Positions 11,877 to 25,000 of a stretch of DNA of 64,000 nt are shown one piece after another. The notes under the pieces are model-generated. The model worked only from the letters and a program-made list of their open reading frames with translations. It searched no databases and was not told where the DNA came from. The stretch is taken from contig JAUCBJ010000593.1 of the NCBI GenBank assembly GCA_032718475.1, forward strand, positions 12,640 through 76,639, written 5' to 3'. This stretch comes from Nemertoderma westbladi. Taxonomy: Eukaryota; Animalia; Xenacoelomorpha. Every line of letters begins with the position of its first letter. Position 1 is the stretch's first letter. A program made the position numbers and the translations under genes.

Positions 11877-12418
11877 CAACATACGGAGTGGGTGTGTGAC
11901 TATATTATTTTATATTTATTTTATATTATGTATGTATTATTATGTAATTTTATTATAATCGTTTTCTTTAATTTTATTTAGTAGAATGTTATTTTAGCGA
12001 TTATTTAGTAGATTAGTGCAATATATATTCGCGTTTATTACTTAATTACTTATATATTATATATTTAGTGCGACGGCGAGAAATAATTCTTTTTCTCTTT
12101 CCTTACTGTCCGTATTACATTATAAATACGTGACTACAGTAAGATGAAATATCCGTACTTATTAAAGTACAATAAAGCTCCTACTATATTCAAGTATTAT
12201 TGGTAAGCAGGTATTAGGAATGCAAAGTTCAGATCCTCGTGTCTCGGCTAAACCAAGCTCTGGGTAGACCTTGGAAACGACTTGCCTCTTCTCACTGACA
12301 TTGCTTCGTGCGATATTGCTCTCATACCGTATATTGAATAATACATATAGTAGCGTGATGTCCCTTTAACAGTAGCGTAAAACGCAAAATAAATCTGTTA
12401 AACCCTTTGACCATCTGC

Positions 12419-12682
12419 AATTCTAGTCGATTAAGATATCGCGGCACCCACCGATATACTTGAAGGACAAATTCTAGAAGCAGTGGTTAACGTCCCCAGA
12501 CAAGTTCTGGAATAAACTGGTGCCCATCCTAAATATTAATTATTAATATTTACAAAATCTGTCAAATTTTAGATCCTTTAAAATTCTAGTCGATTAAGAT
12601 ATCGTAGCACTTACCGATACTCTTAAAAAGACAAAATTCCTAGAATCTAGGATCCCAGTCCCCAGACACGTTCTGGAATAAA
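12419..12682. repeat. Two diverged ~100-bp direct repeats (period ~163 bp) in the spacer between ORF1 and ORF2
   Basis: AATTCTAGTCGATTAAGATATCG...GTCCCCAGACAxGTTCTGGAATAAA appears twice. Confidence 0.8.
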
Positions 12683-13501
12683 ATTACGTCTATTTAACAT
12701 TAAATAATAAAATTTACGGGAATAAATTTAAATTCATATATTTCAATGAATTTAATAAATTGTCATTTTATACAATTTATAACATTCCCAAAATTCCATT
12801 AATTAATAGATCATGGGAGCGGAGATTCACCCTATTAAGTGTATTTGTGTGCGAGAATCTCCAATATATAGTCAATAGCCGATAAAATTCATAAAATCAT
12901 ATATAGAGAGGATATTGACAATTAAAGAATTACTATTAAATAGCATCCCAGATCTGTATGCATGAGAATTACCCTAATTCTACCGCTAGCTTTCCATAAT
13001 GTCACCATGGCAACAACCACGCTAGAATTAGAAGTGAGTTAAAAGAACAATAGAAGGCTTGCCCCATTGAATAGCATAGGGAATAAATAGCGCGCTGCTA
13101 GTATCCAAGGATACATAATAAATAAAGTGACATTCTGGAAGGTACTGACTAACGGACAAATGGCCCGAATGTGTACAGTTTATGGCAGTTGTGTTGAATT
13201 TGTGCGTTCATAGGTGAATGTTACTGCTAAAGTGTGTTTACAGTAGCTAGTCGCAATTGTGAAAGTAACCCTAACTCTCCAGAAAGAACCTGAAGTACAT
13301 CTAAGCCTTTGGGACGGACAGTGGAGTGACTTGTGCCGGTTATCGTTGTCGTTGTGTAGCTACATCATTGGCGAAAGCACAGCGACGACGGTACATCGGC
13401 GCTGAGGATCTTGCACTGTCCGGGGGCAAAAGAGGGGTAGGCAGCGACGCCCATAGCCTATTATATAAACTCATTATAATATTGATAAACTCATAGCAGA
13501 T

Positions 13502-16500
13502 ATGACTGAGTTGATAGAAGATGATCTTGGTATCAGGGAGCGATATACTCTACCTTTACAAGCGTTTGTCAATAGCTTGATACGCGGCGACGCTGGTCCA
13601 ACTACTACGGAGGATGATGGTCGTTATATCGAACCACCAATGTCCCCGGAGCAACTTACGCATGAATTGGATTATAGAAAGTTCACCGCTCGCTATACGC
13701 ATCGTAATGGTACGTATATGGACTTCTTAACTACTGGCCATCCTATCGATTTACACGATACGGACGATGTAGACACCGAAAGGGAAATGGTTTATTTAAA
13801 TATCATACCCAGCGGAGTCGGAACGATAAACCGAGAATGGAACACGAGAACTCTATTCGAAACAAACTCGAAAGGGAAGACGTTGAAGAGCCAGATAAAC
13901 GCAGCGACTTTAACGATTATCTGGAATTCCTGAGAGAGACATATCTCAATATTGCCAGCCAACAAATTCTCGAAACTCGATATCCTCAAGGTATACATCA
14001 TGACCCTATGATAGAACTCAAACGACTCTATTTCACTATGATGTATCTTACCGCCGATCGACCGCTACCTGTCGTTCCAGAAAGCTTCGAACAGATGGAG
14101 GAATATTGTAAAACTGGAGAACGATCACCCGCGTTTCCCCTGCAGGACGTGCGTCTTTGGTATTACTGCGACGAATGCCCTAGACCCAATCAGCAAACGG
14201 AAAGACATAAACATCCGCGGAGACGTTGCGCTAAACACAGTTTTACACGATATACTTATGGGAGTTTCGAGCGAAACCTGTTCGACGTATCCCCTACGGT
14301 CGCTCGACTCAAACAATCCCTGAACAAACCAATGATCATAGTTCCGGAATACTCGGTCAGACCTCCTCATTCCTCAGTTAGACCTCAGACTCTTGATCCT
14401 AATAGTATCACGGATCCTCCCAAACTGTATTTGCTGTTCAAAGATCTAGTGATACCCGAACAGTTGATCGGTGGCACTCCGGTAGTAGGCTCACTAGATA
14501 TTCGCCAACCCTACCTAACTGGATTGGGACGCGGTCATCCAATATCGCCGTTTAACCCACACAACCGTCCCGGCTTCACCTCGATACAACCCGTTACGGA
14601 AGTCGAAGAGAGCGTCGTACGAAACGCATTAGACGCTATTCGGCAGAAAATCGGAAAGGGAACTTACGATTGTTTGGAGAAACGTAAATTGCAACAACAA
14701 GTCCAAGCGGTGAAGGAATTAGCTTTACCCCAGTTCAATAGAGAAATACAAAATCTCGAGGAGGACATCAAACGTGGACGAACCTACTCTTTACAAGAGT
14801 TCCTAGATGAGCGTCTACAACAATAAGCGGAGGAAAATCAGCTCGAGGAGAGACATATAGAAATGGATGAGAGAGAAGAAGCAACTTTAGCTCAACCCGA
14901 AGCTCAAATCCTTATGACGGATCTCTACTCTAAAACCATCCTTCATCCCTCGATGGTTCCCCATTTCGGAGACAAACTCTTTGCTACGGTACAACCCCAA
15001 CCGGTTGATATCAACCTAAGATCTCGAGATCTTATCGCTGACGCTCCCATGTTGCAACGTCCGCCCATCGAAGCCGCTCGTGTCGATGGTATACTCGTTG
15101 AACCTCCGGACAATAGAGCGGATCTTGTCCGTCGCATGGTACACGATGTTAACATACGCGCTAGACCTTTACCGGACTCGTTTTATGGGATCAAAGATCA
15201 CCCTTATTACGTCAACCTAACACAATATTACATGGTGAAACCGGAAGATCCTACACATAGTCTGAGGTTTCTGCCACTCATAAATCCTCTCGATCTTGTC
15301 GAACTCGAACAACTGCATAAACATCTGGATCAGTTAGTTAAAATAAACTCATTTCGAAAACCATACAATGTTTCCAGAATAGAGAAAGAAACAATACCTC
15401 CGTATAATCTTGATGGATTCATCAAAACTCGTTTAGTACACTGGAATCTTGACGTGTTATTCGAGGAGGAAAGAATTCAACGATATGGAGATGTGGAAAC
15501 ATATACCACACAATATTTAAAGTATAGAGACCTACCTAATGCTAGCGAATGCGCTACCTTGTGGCATCCTATGGGAATGACCCTCGAAAACGCCACTAAA
15601 GAGTGGAATGAGACTCTTAACGTTATCGAGATGTATGGAGTTGTCACCTACGACAACGAAGGTAGCGTTCCGGTTGGAGAACTGGGAACTACGCGGATGA
15701 TACACATACGAGGACTCGCTGGTTCTACCCACGTATTTACTCGAGCGTGTTCCGATGTGATTGATTATTCTTTTGAGACTCTTACTGAGACACAAAAGAA
15801 ACTCCGACATGGACAATTCGAACTCGCGCAGCGTTATGTCGCCGACACCGAGCGCAAACCGGCCATGGGTATCGATGGATCGATGTTACCCCAGCCCGTG
15901 CTCGAGATGTTGTTTAACGAAAGAATCCTTAAAATCGGCTCAGCTGTTTATGGAGACCTACAAAACGACTTTCGGAATATGGAGAACATTCCATACCCCT
16001 TCGTTGATGGTCAGCTGATTGCTCCCTGGGCAGAAGGCCGAGGTTTCTTCCGCACTATGTATGCAAATACACCCAGCGGCATTACTAAAGTACAATGAAC
16101 CTCCATCGGACATCTTGCCTTTCAAGAATACGGATGGAATTTCAAGGTTGGAAATCCTATAAATTACCAACAAGTATATGGAGATCATTATTCTCGTTTA
16201 TACTTTGATGGACCATTGACTGCACCTGGCGCCGTGTATAGCTTTATGAGTGTTCCACTTCGTCCCTCCTTAGCTATATACACGATCTTTGAAAATGCAG
16301 CACTTGCCGGTTGGCTAGCCGATGTGTGCAGTCGTACCATACGCGCCCATCCCTTAATACTTGGAACCAAACTCGCCAAGTTAGATGAACACAATAAATT
16401 CATCCGCTTCGAATGTTTCAGGCGCTTTCTGACTCCGTTCCGTAACGTTGATAGTCAGTTCAAGGACCGCACTCTGACCAAACTCAGCCTAAGAGACTCA

Positions 16501-17523
16501 GCTGCGGAGAAGCTAAATAGCGCGGGATTTGCTCTCTTTCAGGACGTTTGTATACAGAACTTACATTCATCTGTTATACAAAGACCCCAAATACCCACGG
16601 GTTATTCTGTCGTGGAAGTTCAGACAGTGGGTCCGCTTGCGGAGACAGCCGCACCTACCTCAGCTATGCAATTGGAAGACGAACCAATCTGCTTAGAGTC
16701 TGAAGCGATCCAGCCTACAGCGCCCCGGAGCAGCGATAACGATTACGTCTTGGAGTGGTATCAAGGTCCACAATGTCTCACCGCATACGATTATCGACAC
16801 GCCAACTATGTTTCTCGAAAACGTTGTCGATTATGCGCATCGAGAGACCATTTCACCCCTATGGACTCAGACGTACCCTGCTCCTATTTCCACGAACAGC
16901 CGATGATGGAGATCTATTGTGCGTATTGCAGACTTAATAACTCGCATATTTTTGCAGTCTGCCCCCAATTTATGACCCAATGTCACCACTGTCAACTTAA
17001 AGGACATGCCAGTTATAATTGCCCCTTTAACCGCGATTTAGAAAGCGTAGATGAGATGATTACCCTGCGCTACATCCGAGCTTGGGAAGCGAACGCGGAT
17101 TTACATTGTGAGGCCCGCCATTGCTACTACCCTGGACGCTCTTACGAGGGAGTTTACGCGTTCCATCCTTATTTATTCGCGTCTGTGGAACAAAAAACAC
17201 GCACACCGAGTTACGAACTAATGAAGCGTGTTGGTGAGTGTATTTCCACCAAATTTGTTCGAAAATATCTTAGGAACGTCAATCCTAATGATATTACTTC
17301 ATACCATTTGATCAATTACATCCGTCAAGACCCTGAGTATGGCGATTTATTTATTAACTCGCACCCTGAGTTACAGGAAGTATCTCGACGGCCCTACGAA
17401 TATCGAGCCCGAGAACGCGAGCTGGAAAGAACCATTAAACCAAGGAAGTTTCTCACCACTCACGGTCCACCTACCGCCATTGTCCAGACGACCCGTCAAG
17501 GACCCGTCGCCCTAACGCCCTAA
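13502..17523 (+). pseudogene. Interrupted second ORF (~1,300 codons) of the LTR element: Cys/His motif, DEDDy 3'-5' exonuclease, CCHC zinc knuckles
   Basis: ORFs 13837, 14863 and 16216 share one frame and are separated only by single stops (TAA 14824, TGA 16096). ORF 13502 overlaps in the adjacent frame. ExoI-like GVVTYDNEG, ExoII-like LPQPVLEMLFNERILKIGSAVYGDL, TSIGHLAFQEYGWNFK, ExoIII-like PLRPSLAIYTIFENA; knuckles CAYCRLNNSHIFAVC and CHHCQLKGHASYNC. Confidence 0.75.
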
Positions 17524-17828
17524 CGCGCCCTAAAGGCCGTTAGACCTTGCTCCACTGAAGTTGATATCGATCAACCAGGTACCTCGACCGGGGATACACC
17601 GATCGTAATCCTAAACCTTCTGATGCAATTGTATTGCACCCTTCACCCAGGAGTTACAGCCCTCCTAGTAAAGTGGCTCGCCCCAAAGAGAAAAGGACTC
17701 TTGCTAGCCTCAAAAAACTACGTAAACGCCGTCCGCGTAAGAAAGACTAACTGTTTAGAGTATTTTTATATTTTAGAAACTGTGATTTGTTACATTTTAT
17801 AGACTTAAATCCCATTTTCTGGGAGCGG

Positions 17829-19011
17829 TGTAAAGGCTTTTGCGTAATTAGCCGGTTATTTTCCCCGTAAAGTACTTTGTAGTTGGTTTAACAGGCATAA
17901 AAGGCCTTGTCCTTACTGTACTGTTGTTTTAGAGGACATAAATGCCATTTCTTCTGTATGTGTACTTTAGCGGACATGATTAGCAATTTTATGACGCAAT
18001 GCGCCAAATCCTCTGTAAACAGTGTAGCTACCATGACGACGGCTAACAGCTGATGCTGTATACGTGGACCTTTTCTTTATTCTCTGTTCCTTCTTTGTTC
18101 GGTCGACCAATCAGAGCGTTTTTTGCCTCTGTGTTAGAGATTGTATATAGAAACTCGTGGAGTTGAGTCAGTATGTGATTTTGTCCACAGCCTACAACAT
18201 CGGCTTTGGAACCTCCGTGTTTCAGTCTTTAGTCCAACATTAGTAGGCTTAATTATAGAACGTATATCGTTATCTCACTCACTTAACTAATCATACATAA
18301 CATATCATATCTCAATAATCATAACTTACTCATTCATAACTTAACATTGTACTGCTATTTACTGTCGGTTATTCATTATTTGTTGATGGAATATTATATT
18401 TGGAATACTGATAAATAATCAGACACCCCAATCTTCTTGATATACTAAAGGTTAGAGAGAACGGTTACATATAATGATTGCGACTTACATTAAGTGGTTT
18501 GAAGTGAATCTAATGCTATTTTATAGGCCCTACACGTATTGTCTGTTGTTCTCCTTATATGTGACTAAAATTAGTGAAGGTCAGCAGATTGGTGTGCAGC
18601 ATTGTGCAGTATTGTGTATGATCGTGATTGATAACGAAGCATCTCCTAAAGAATGCGCCATATACGTGAATCTATAGCCATCCCGTTGTGTCTAGTTTAA
18701 GTCATAACTCTGTTTATATATTTAGAGCGCCATGTCCTAAAGGAACTGTTAATATTTCCCGAAAGTGAATAATATTTGTCAGAGATTATATATATTACGA
18801 TCAGTCGAATAATACAGTAGGCCTACCCCGCAATACGGTTAGGCTTCCGAATCCAGTCTCCCGGGTATATCCAGCGGGTGAATGATAGCGCATAGACTGG
18901 TTTCGGCTAATGTAGTGTATCAAATACTTGTCATAGGCTAAAGACTATCTATCATCTAAAAGACATCCCAATTTGGCAGGTTAAACTGCTAAAGGTCTGA
19001 AAGCGCGAACA
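17829..19011 (+). repeat. 3' LTR (1183 bp)
   Basis: Near-identical to 3934-5117; followed by TSD CTCCA and resumption of the satellite. Confidence 0.95.
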
Positions 19012-22000
19012 CTCCATCTCATCTATAAGGCCTCTCCTTCCATATATCCCAGCCTCCCACCTCCCTCCACCTCCTCTATAAGGGCCCCCTTCCATATATC
19101 CCAGTCTCCAACCACCCTCCATCTCCTCTATAAGGCCTCTCCTTCCATATATCTCAGCCTCCCACCTCCTTCCATCTCCTCTATAAGGCCTCTCCGCTCT
19201 ACAACTTGTATTTATTAATGTAGGCCTCTCCTTCCATATATCCCAACCTCCCACCTCCCTCCATCTCCTCTATAAGGCCTCTCCTTCCATATATCTCAGC
19301 CTCCCACCTCCCTCCATCTCCTCTATAAGGCCTCTCCGCTCTACAACTTGTATTTACTAATGTAGGCCTCTCCTTCCATATATCCCAACCTCCCACCTCC
19401 CTCCATCTCCTCTATAAGGCCTCTCCTTCCATATATCCCAGCCTCCCACCTCCCTTCATCTCCTCTATAAGGTCACCCTTCCATATATCCCAGCCTCCCA
19501 CCTCCCTCCATCTCCACTATAAGGGCCCCCTTCCATATATCCCAGTCTCCAACCTCCCTTCATCTCCTCTCTAAGGGCCCCCCTTCAATATATCCCAGCC
19601 TCCCACCTCCCTCCACCTCCTCTATAAGGCCTCTCCTTCCATATATCCCAGCCTCCCACCTCCCTTCATCTCCTCTATAAGGTCACCCTTCCATATATCC
19701 CAGCCTCCCACCTCCCTTCATCTCCTCTCTAAGGGCCCCCCTTCAATATATCCCAGCCTCCCACCTCCCTCCACCTCCTCTATAAGGCCTCTCCTTCCAT
19801 ATATCCCAGCCTCCCACCTCCCTCCACCTCCTCTATAAGGTCCCTCTTGCATATATCCCAGCCTCCCACCTCCCTTCATCTCCTCTCTAAGGGCCCCCCT
19901 TCCATATATCCCAGCCTCCAACCTCCCTGCATCTCCTCTATAAGTCCTCTCCTTCCATATATCCCAACCTCCCACCTCCCTCCATCCCCTCTATAAGGCC
20001 TCTCCTTCCATATATCCCAACCTCCCACCTCCCTCCATCCCCTCTATAAGGCCTCTCCTTCCATATATATCAGCCTCCCACCTCCCTCCACCTCCTCTAT
20101 AAGGGCTCTCCTTCAATATATCCCAGCATCCCACCTCCCTCCACCTCCTCTATAAGGGCCCCCTTCCATATATCCCAGTCTCCAACCACCCTCCATCTCC
20201 TCTATAAGGCCTCTCCTTCCATATATATCAGCCTCCCACCTCCCTCCATCTCCTCTATAAGGCCTCTCCGCTCTACAACTTGTATTTATTAATGTAGGCC
20301 TCTCCTTCCATATATCCCAACCTCCCACCTCCCTCCATCTCCTCTATAAGGCCTCTCCTTCCATATATCTCAGCCTCCCACCTCCCTCCATCTCCTCTAT
20401 AAGGCCTCTCCGCTCTACAACTTGTATTTATTAATGTAGGCCTCTCCTTCCATATATCCCAGCCTCCCACATCCCTCCATCTCCTCTATAAGGTCTCCCT
20501 TCCATATATCCCAGTCTCCAACCACCCTCCATCTCCTCTATAAGGCCTCTCCTTCCATATATATCAGCCTCCCACCTCCCTCCACCTCCTCTATAAGGGC
20601 TCTCCTTCAATATATCCCAGCATCCCACCTCCCTCCACCTCCTCTATGAGGGCCCCCTTCCATATATCCCAGTCTCCCGCCTCCCTCCACCTCCTCTATA
20701 AGGCCTCTCCTTCCACATATATCAGCCTCCCACCTCCCTCCATCTCCTCTATAAGGCCTCTCCGCTCTACAACTTGTATTTATTAATGTAGGCATCTCCT
20801 TCCATATATCCCAACCTCCCACCTTCCTCCATCTCCTCTATAAGGCCTCTCCTTCCATATATCTCAGCCTCCCACCTCCCTCCATCTCCTCTATAAGGCC
20901 TCTCCGCTCTACAACTTGTATTTATTAATGTAGGCCTCTCCTTCCATATATCCCAACCTCCCACCTCCCTCCATCTCATCTATAAGGCCTCTCCTTCCAT
21001 ATATCCCAGCCTCCCACCTCCCTTCATCTCCTCTATAAGGTCACCCTTCCATATATCCCAGCCTCCCACCTCCCTCCACCTCCTCTATAAGGGCCCCCTT
21101 CCATATATCCCAGTCTCCAACCACCCTCCATCTCCTCTATAAGGCCTCTCCTTCCATATATCTCAGCCTCCCACCTCCCTCCATCCCCTCTATAAGGCCT
21201 CTCCTTCCATATATCCCAACCTCCCACCTCCCTCCATCTCCTCTATAAGGCCTCTCCGCTCTACAACTTGTATTTATTAATGTAGGCCTCTCCTTCCATA
21301 TATCCCAACCTCCCACCTCCCTCCATCCCCTCTATAAGGCCTCTCCTTCCATATATCCCAACCTCCCACCTCCCTCCATCCCCTCTATAAGGCCTCTCCT
21401 TCCATATATATCAGCCTCCCACCTCCCTCCACCTCCTCTATAAGGGCTCTCCTTCAATATATCCCAGCATCCCACCTCCCTCCACCTCCTCTATAAGGGC
21501 CCCCTTCCATATATCCCAGTCTCCAACCACCCTCCATCTCCTCTATAAGGCCTCTCCTTCCATATATATCAGCCTCCCACCTCCCTCCATCTCCTCTATA
21601 AGGCCTCTCCGCTCTACAACTTGTATTTATTAATGTAGGCCTCTCCTTCCATATATCCCAACCTCCCACCTCCCTCCATCTCCTCTATAAGGCCTCTCCT
21701 TCCATATATCTCAGCCTCCCACCTCCCTCCATCTCCTCTATAAGGCCTCTCCGCTCTACAACTTGTATTTATTAATGTAGGCCTCTCCTTCCATATATCC
21801 CAGCCTCCCACATCCCTCCATCTCCTCTATAAGGTCTCCCTTCCATATATCCCAGTCTCCAACCACCCTCCATCTCCTCTATAAGGCCTCTCCTTCCATA
21901 TATATCAGCCTCCCACCTCCCTCCACCTCCTCTATAAGGGCTCTCCTTCAATATATCCCAGCATCCCACCTCCCTCCACCTCCTCTATGAGGGCCCCCTT

Positions 22001-25000
22001 CCATATATCCCAGTCTCCCGCCTCCCTCCACCTCCTCTATAAGGCCTCTCCTTCCATATATATCAGCCTCCCACCTCCCTCCATCTCCTCTATAAGGCCT
22101 CTCCGCTCTACAACTTGTATTTATTAATGTAGGCATCTCCTTCCATATATCCCAACCTCCCACCTCCCTCCATCTCCTCTATAAGGCCTCTCCTTCCATA
22201 TATCTCAGCCTCCCACCTCCCTCCATCTCCTCTATAAGGCCTCTCCGCTCTACAACTTGTATTTATTAATGTAGGCCTCTCCTTCCATATATCCCAACCT
22301 CCCACCTCCCTCCATCTCATCTATAAGGCCTCTCCTTCCATATATCCCAGCCTCCCACCTCCCTTCATCTCCTCTATAAGGTCACCCTTCCATATATCCC
22401 AGCCTCCCACCTCCCTCCACCTCCTCTATAAGGGCCCCCTTCCATATATCCCAGTCTCCAACCACCCTCCATCTCCTCTATAAGGCCTCTCCTTCCATAT
22501 ATCTCAGCCTCCCACCTCCCTCCATCCCCTCTATAAGGCCTCTCCTTCCATATATCCCAACCTCCCACCTCCCTCCATCTCCTCTATAAGGCCTCTCCGC
22601 TCTACAACTTGTATTTATTAATGTAGGCCTCTCCTTCCATATATCCCAACCTCCCACCTCCCTCCATCTCCTCTATAAGGCCTCTCCTTCCATATATCCC
22701 AGCCTCCCACCTCCCTTCATCTCCTCTATAAGGTCACCCTTCCATATATCCCAGCCTCCCACCTCCCTCCACCTCCTCTATAAGGCCTCTCCTTCCATAT
22801 ATCCCAGTCTCCCACCTCCCTCCATCTCCTCTATAAGGCCTCTCCTTCCATATATCCCAACCTCCCACCTCCCACCTCCCTCCACCTCCTCTATAAGGCC
22901 CCCCTTCCATATATCCCAACCTCCCACCTCCCTCCATCTCCTCTATAAGGCCTCTCCTTCCATATATCCCACCCTCCAACCACCCTCCATCTCCTCTATA
23001 AGGCCTCTCCTTCCATATATCCCAGCCTCCCACCTCCCTCCACCTCCTCTATAAGGCCCCCCCTTCCATATATCCCAGCCTCCCACCTCCCTCCATCCCC
23101 TCTATAAGGCCCCCCCTTCCATATATCCCAGCCTCCAACCTCCCTGCATCTCCTCTATAAGTCCTCTCCTTCCATATATCCCAACCTCCCACCTCCCTCC
23201 ATCCCCTCTATAAGTCCTCTCCTTCCATATATCCCAACCTCCCACCTCCCTCCACCTCCTCTATAAGGCCTCTCCTTCCATATATCCCAGCCTCCCACCT
23301 CCCTCCACCTCCTCTATAAGGGCTCTCCTTCCATATATCCCAGCCTCCCACCTCCCTCCATCTCCTCTATAAGGTCACCCTTCCATATATCCCAGCCTCC
23401 CACCTCCCTGCATCTCCTCTATAAGGTCCCCCTTCCATATATCCCAACCTCCCACCTCCCTCCATCTCCTCTATAAGGCCTCTCCTTCCATATATCCCAG
23501 CCTCCCACCTCCCTGCATCTCCTCTATAAGGCCTCTCCTTCCATATATCCCAACCTCCCACCTCCCTCCATCTCCTCTATAAGGCCCCCCCTTCCATATA
23601 TCCCAGCCTCCCACCTCCCTCCATCTCCTCTATAAGTCCTCTCCTTCCATATATCCCAGCCTCCCACCTCCCTCCATCTCCTCTATAAGGCCTCTCCTTC
23701 CATATATCCCAGCCTCCCACCTCCCTCCACCTCCTCTATAAGGCCCCCCCTTCCATATATCCCAGCCTCCAACCTCCCTGCATCTCCTCTATAAGTCCTC
23801 TCCTTCCATATATCCCAACCTCCCACCTCCCTCCACCTCCTCTATAAGGCCCCCCCTTCCATATATCCCAGCCTCCAACCTCCCTGCATCTCCTCTATAA
23901 GTCCTCTCCTTCCATATATCCCAACCTCCCACCTCCCTCCATCCCCTCTATAAGGCCTCTCCTTCCATATATCCCAGCCTCCCACCTCCCTCCACCTCCT
24001 CTATAAGGCCCCCCCTTCCATATATCCCAGCCTCCCACCTCCCTCCATCTCCTCTATAAGGTCCTCTCCTTCCATATATCCCAACCTCCCACCTCCCTCC
24101 ATCTCCTCTATAAGGCCTCTCCTTCCATATATCCCAGCCTCCCACCTCCCTCCACCTCCTCTATAAGGCCCCCCCTTCCATATATCCCAGCCTCCCACCT
24201 CCCTTCATCTCCTTTCTAAGGGCCCCCCTTCCATATATCCCAGCCTCCCACCTCCCTCCACCTCCTCTATAAGGTCACCCTTCCATATATCCCAGCCTCC
24301 CACCTCCCTCCATCTCCTCTATAAGGCCCCTCCTTCCATATATCCCAGCCTCCCACCTCCCACCATCTCCTCTATAAGGCCTCTCCTTCCATATATCCCA
24401 ACCTCCCGCCTCCCTCCATCCCCTCTATAAGGCCTCTCCTTCCATATATCTCAGCCTCCCACCTCCCTCCATCTCCTCTATAAGGCCTCTCCGCTCTACA
24501 ACTTGTATTTATTAATGTAGGCCTCTCCTTCCATATATCCCAACCTCCCACCTCCCTCCATCCCATCTATAAGGCCTCTCCTCCCATATATCCCAGCCTC
24601 CCACCTCCCTCCATCTCCTCTATAAGGTCTCCCTTCCATATATCCCAGCCTCCCACCTCCCTCCATCTCCTCTATAAGGCCTCTCCGCTCTACAACTTGT
24701 ATTTATTAATGTAGGCCTCTCCTTCCATATATCCCAGCCTCCCACCTCCCTCCATCTCCTCTATAAGGTCTCCCTTCCATATATCCCAGCCTCCCACCTC
24801 CCTCCATCTCCTCTATAAGGCCTCTCCGCTCTACAACTTGTATTTATTAATGTAGGCCTCTCCTTCCATATATCCCAACCTCCCACCTCCCTCCATCTCC
24901 TCTATAAGGCCTCTCCTTCCATATATCCCAACCTCCCGCCTCCCTCCATCTCCTCTATAAGGTCTCCCTTCCATATATCCCAGCCTCCCACCTCCCTCCA

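Larger units (their letters stand above)
3934..19011 (+). mobile_element. Complete non-autonomous BEL/Pao-type LTR retrotransposon (~15.1 kb) with an extra exonuclease/zinc-knuckle ORF
   Basis: Direct repeats 3934-5117 and 17829-19011, both TGTAAAGG...AACA. 5-bp TSD CTCCA at 3929-3933 and 19012-19016. Pao-type Gag/protease ORF. Short purine tract GGGAGCGG before the 3' LTR. Confidence 0.95.

Noticed and set aside
11885-11900. GGAGTGGGTG-TGT just after the gag stop as a relic PPT and LTR start
   Set aside because: The following sequence shows no similarity to either LTR; too short to support.
13502-17523. ORF2 as an envelope gene
   Set aside because: No signal peptide or transmembrane segment seen; motifs point to an exonuclease and zinc knuckles.
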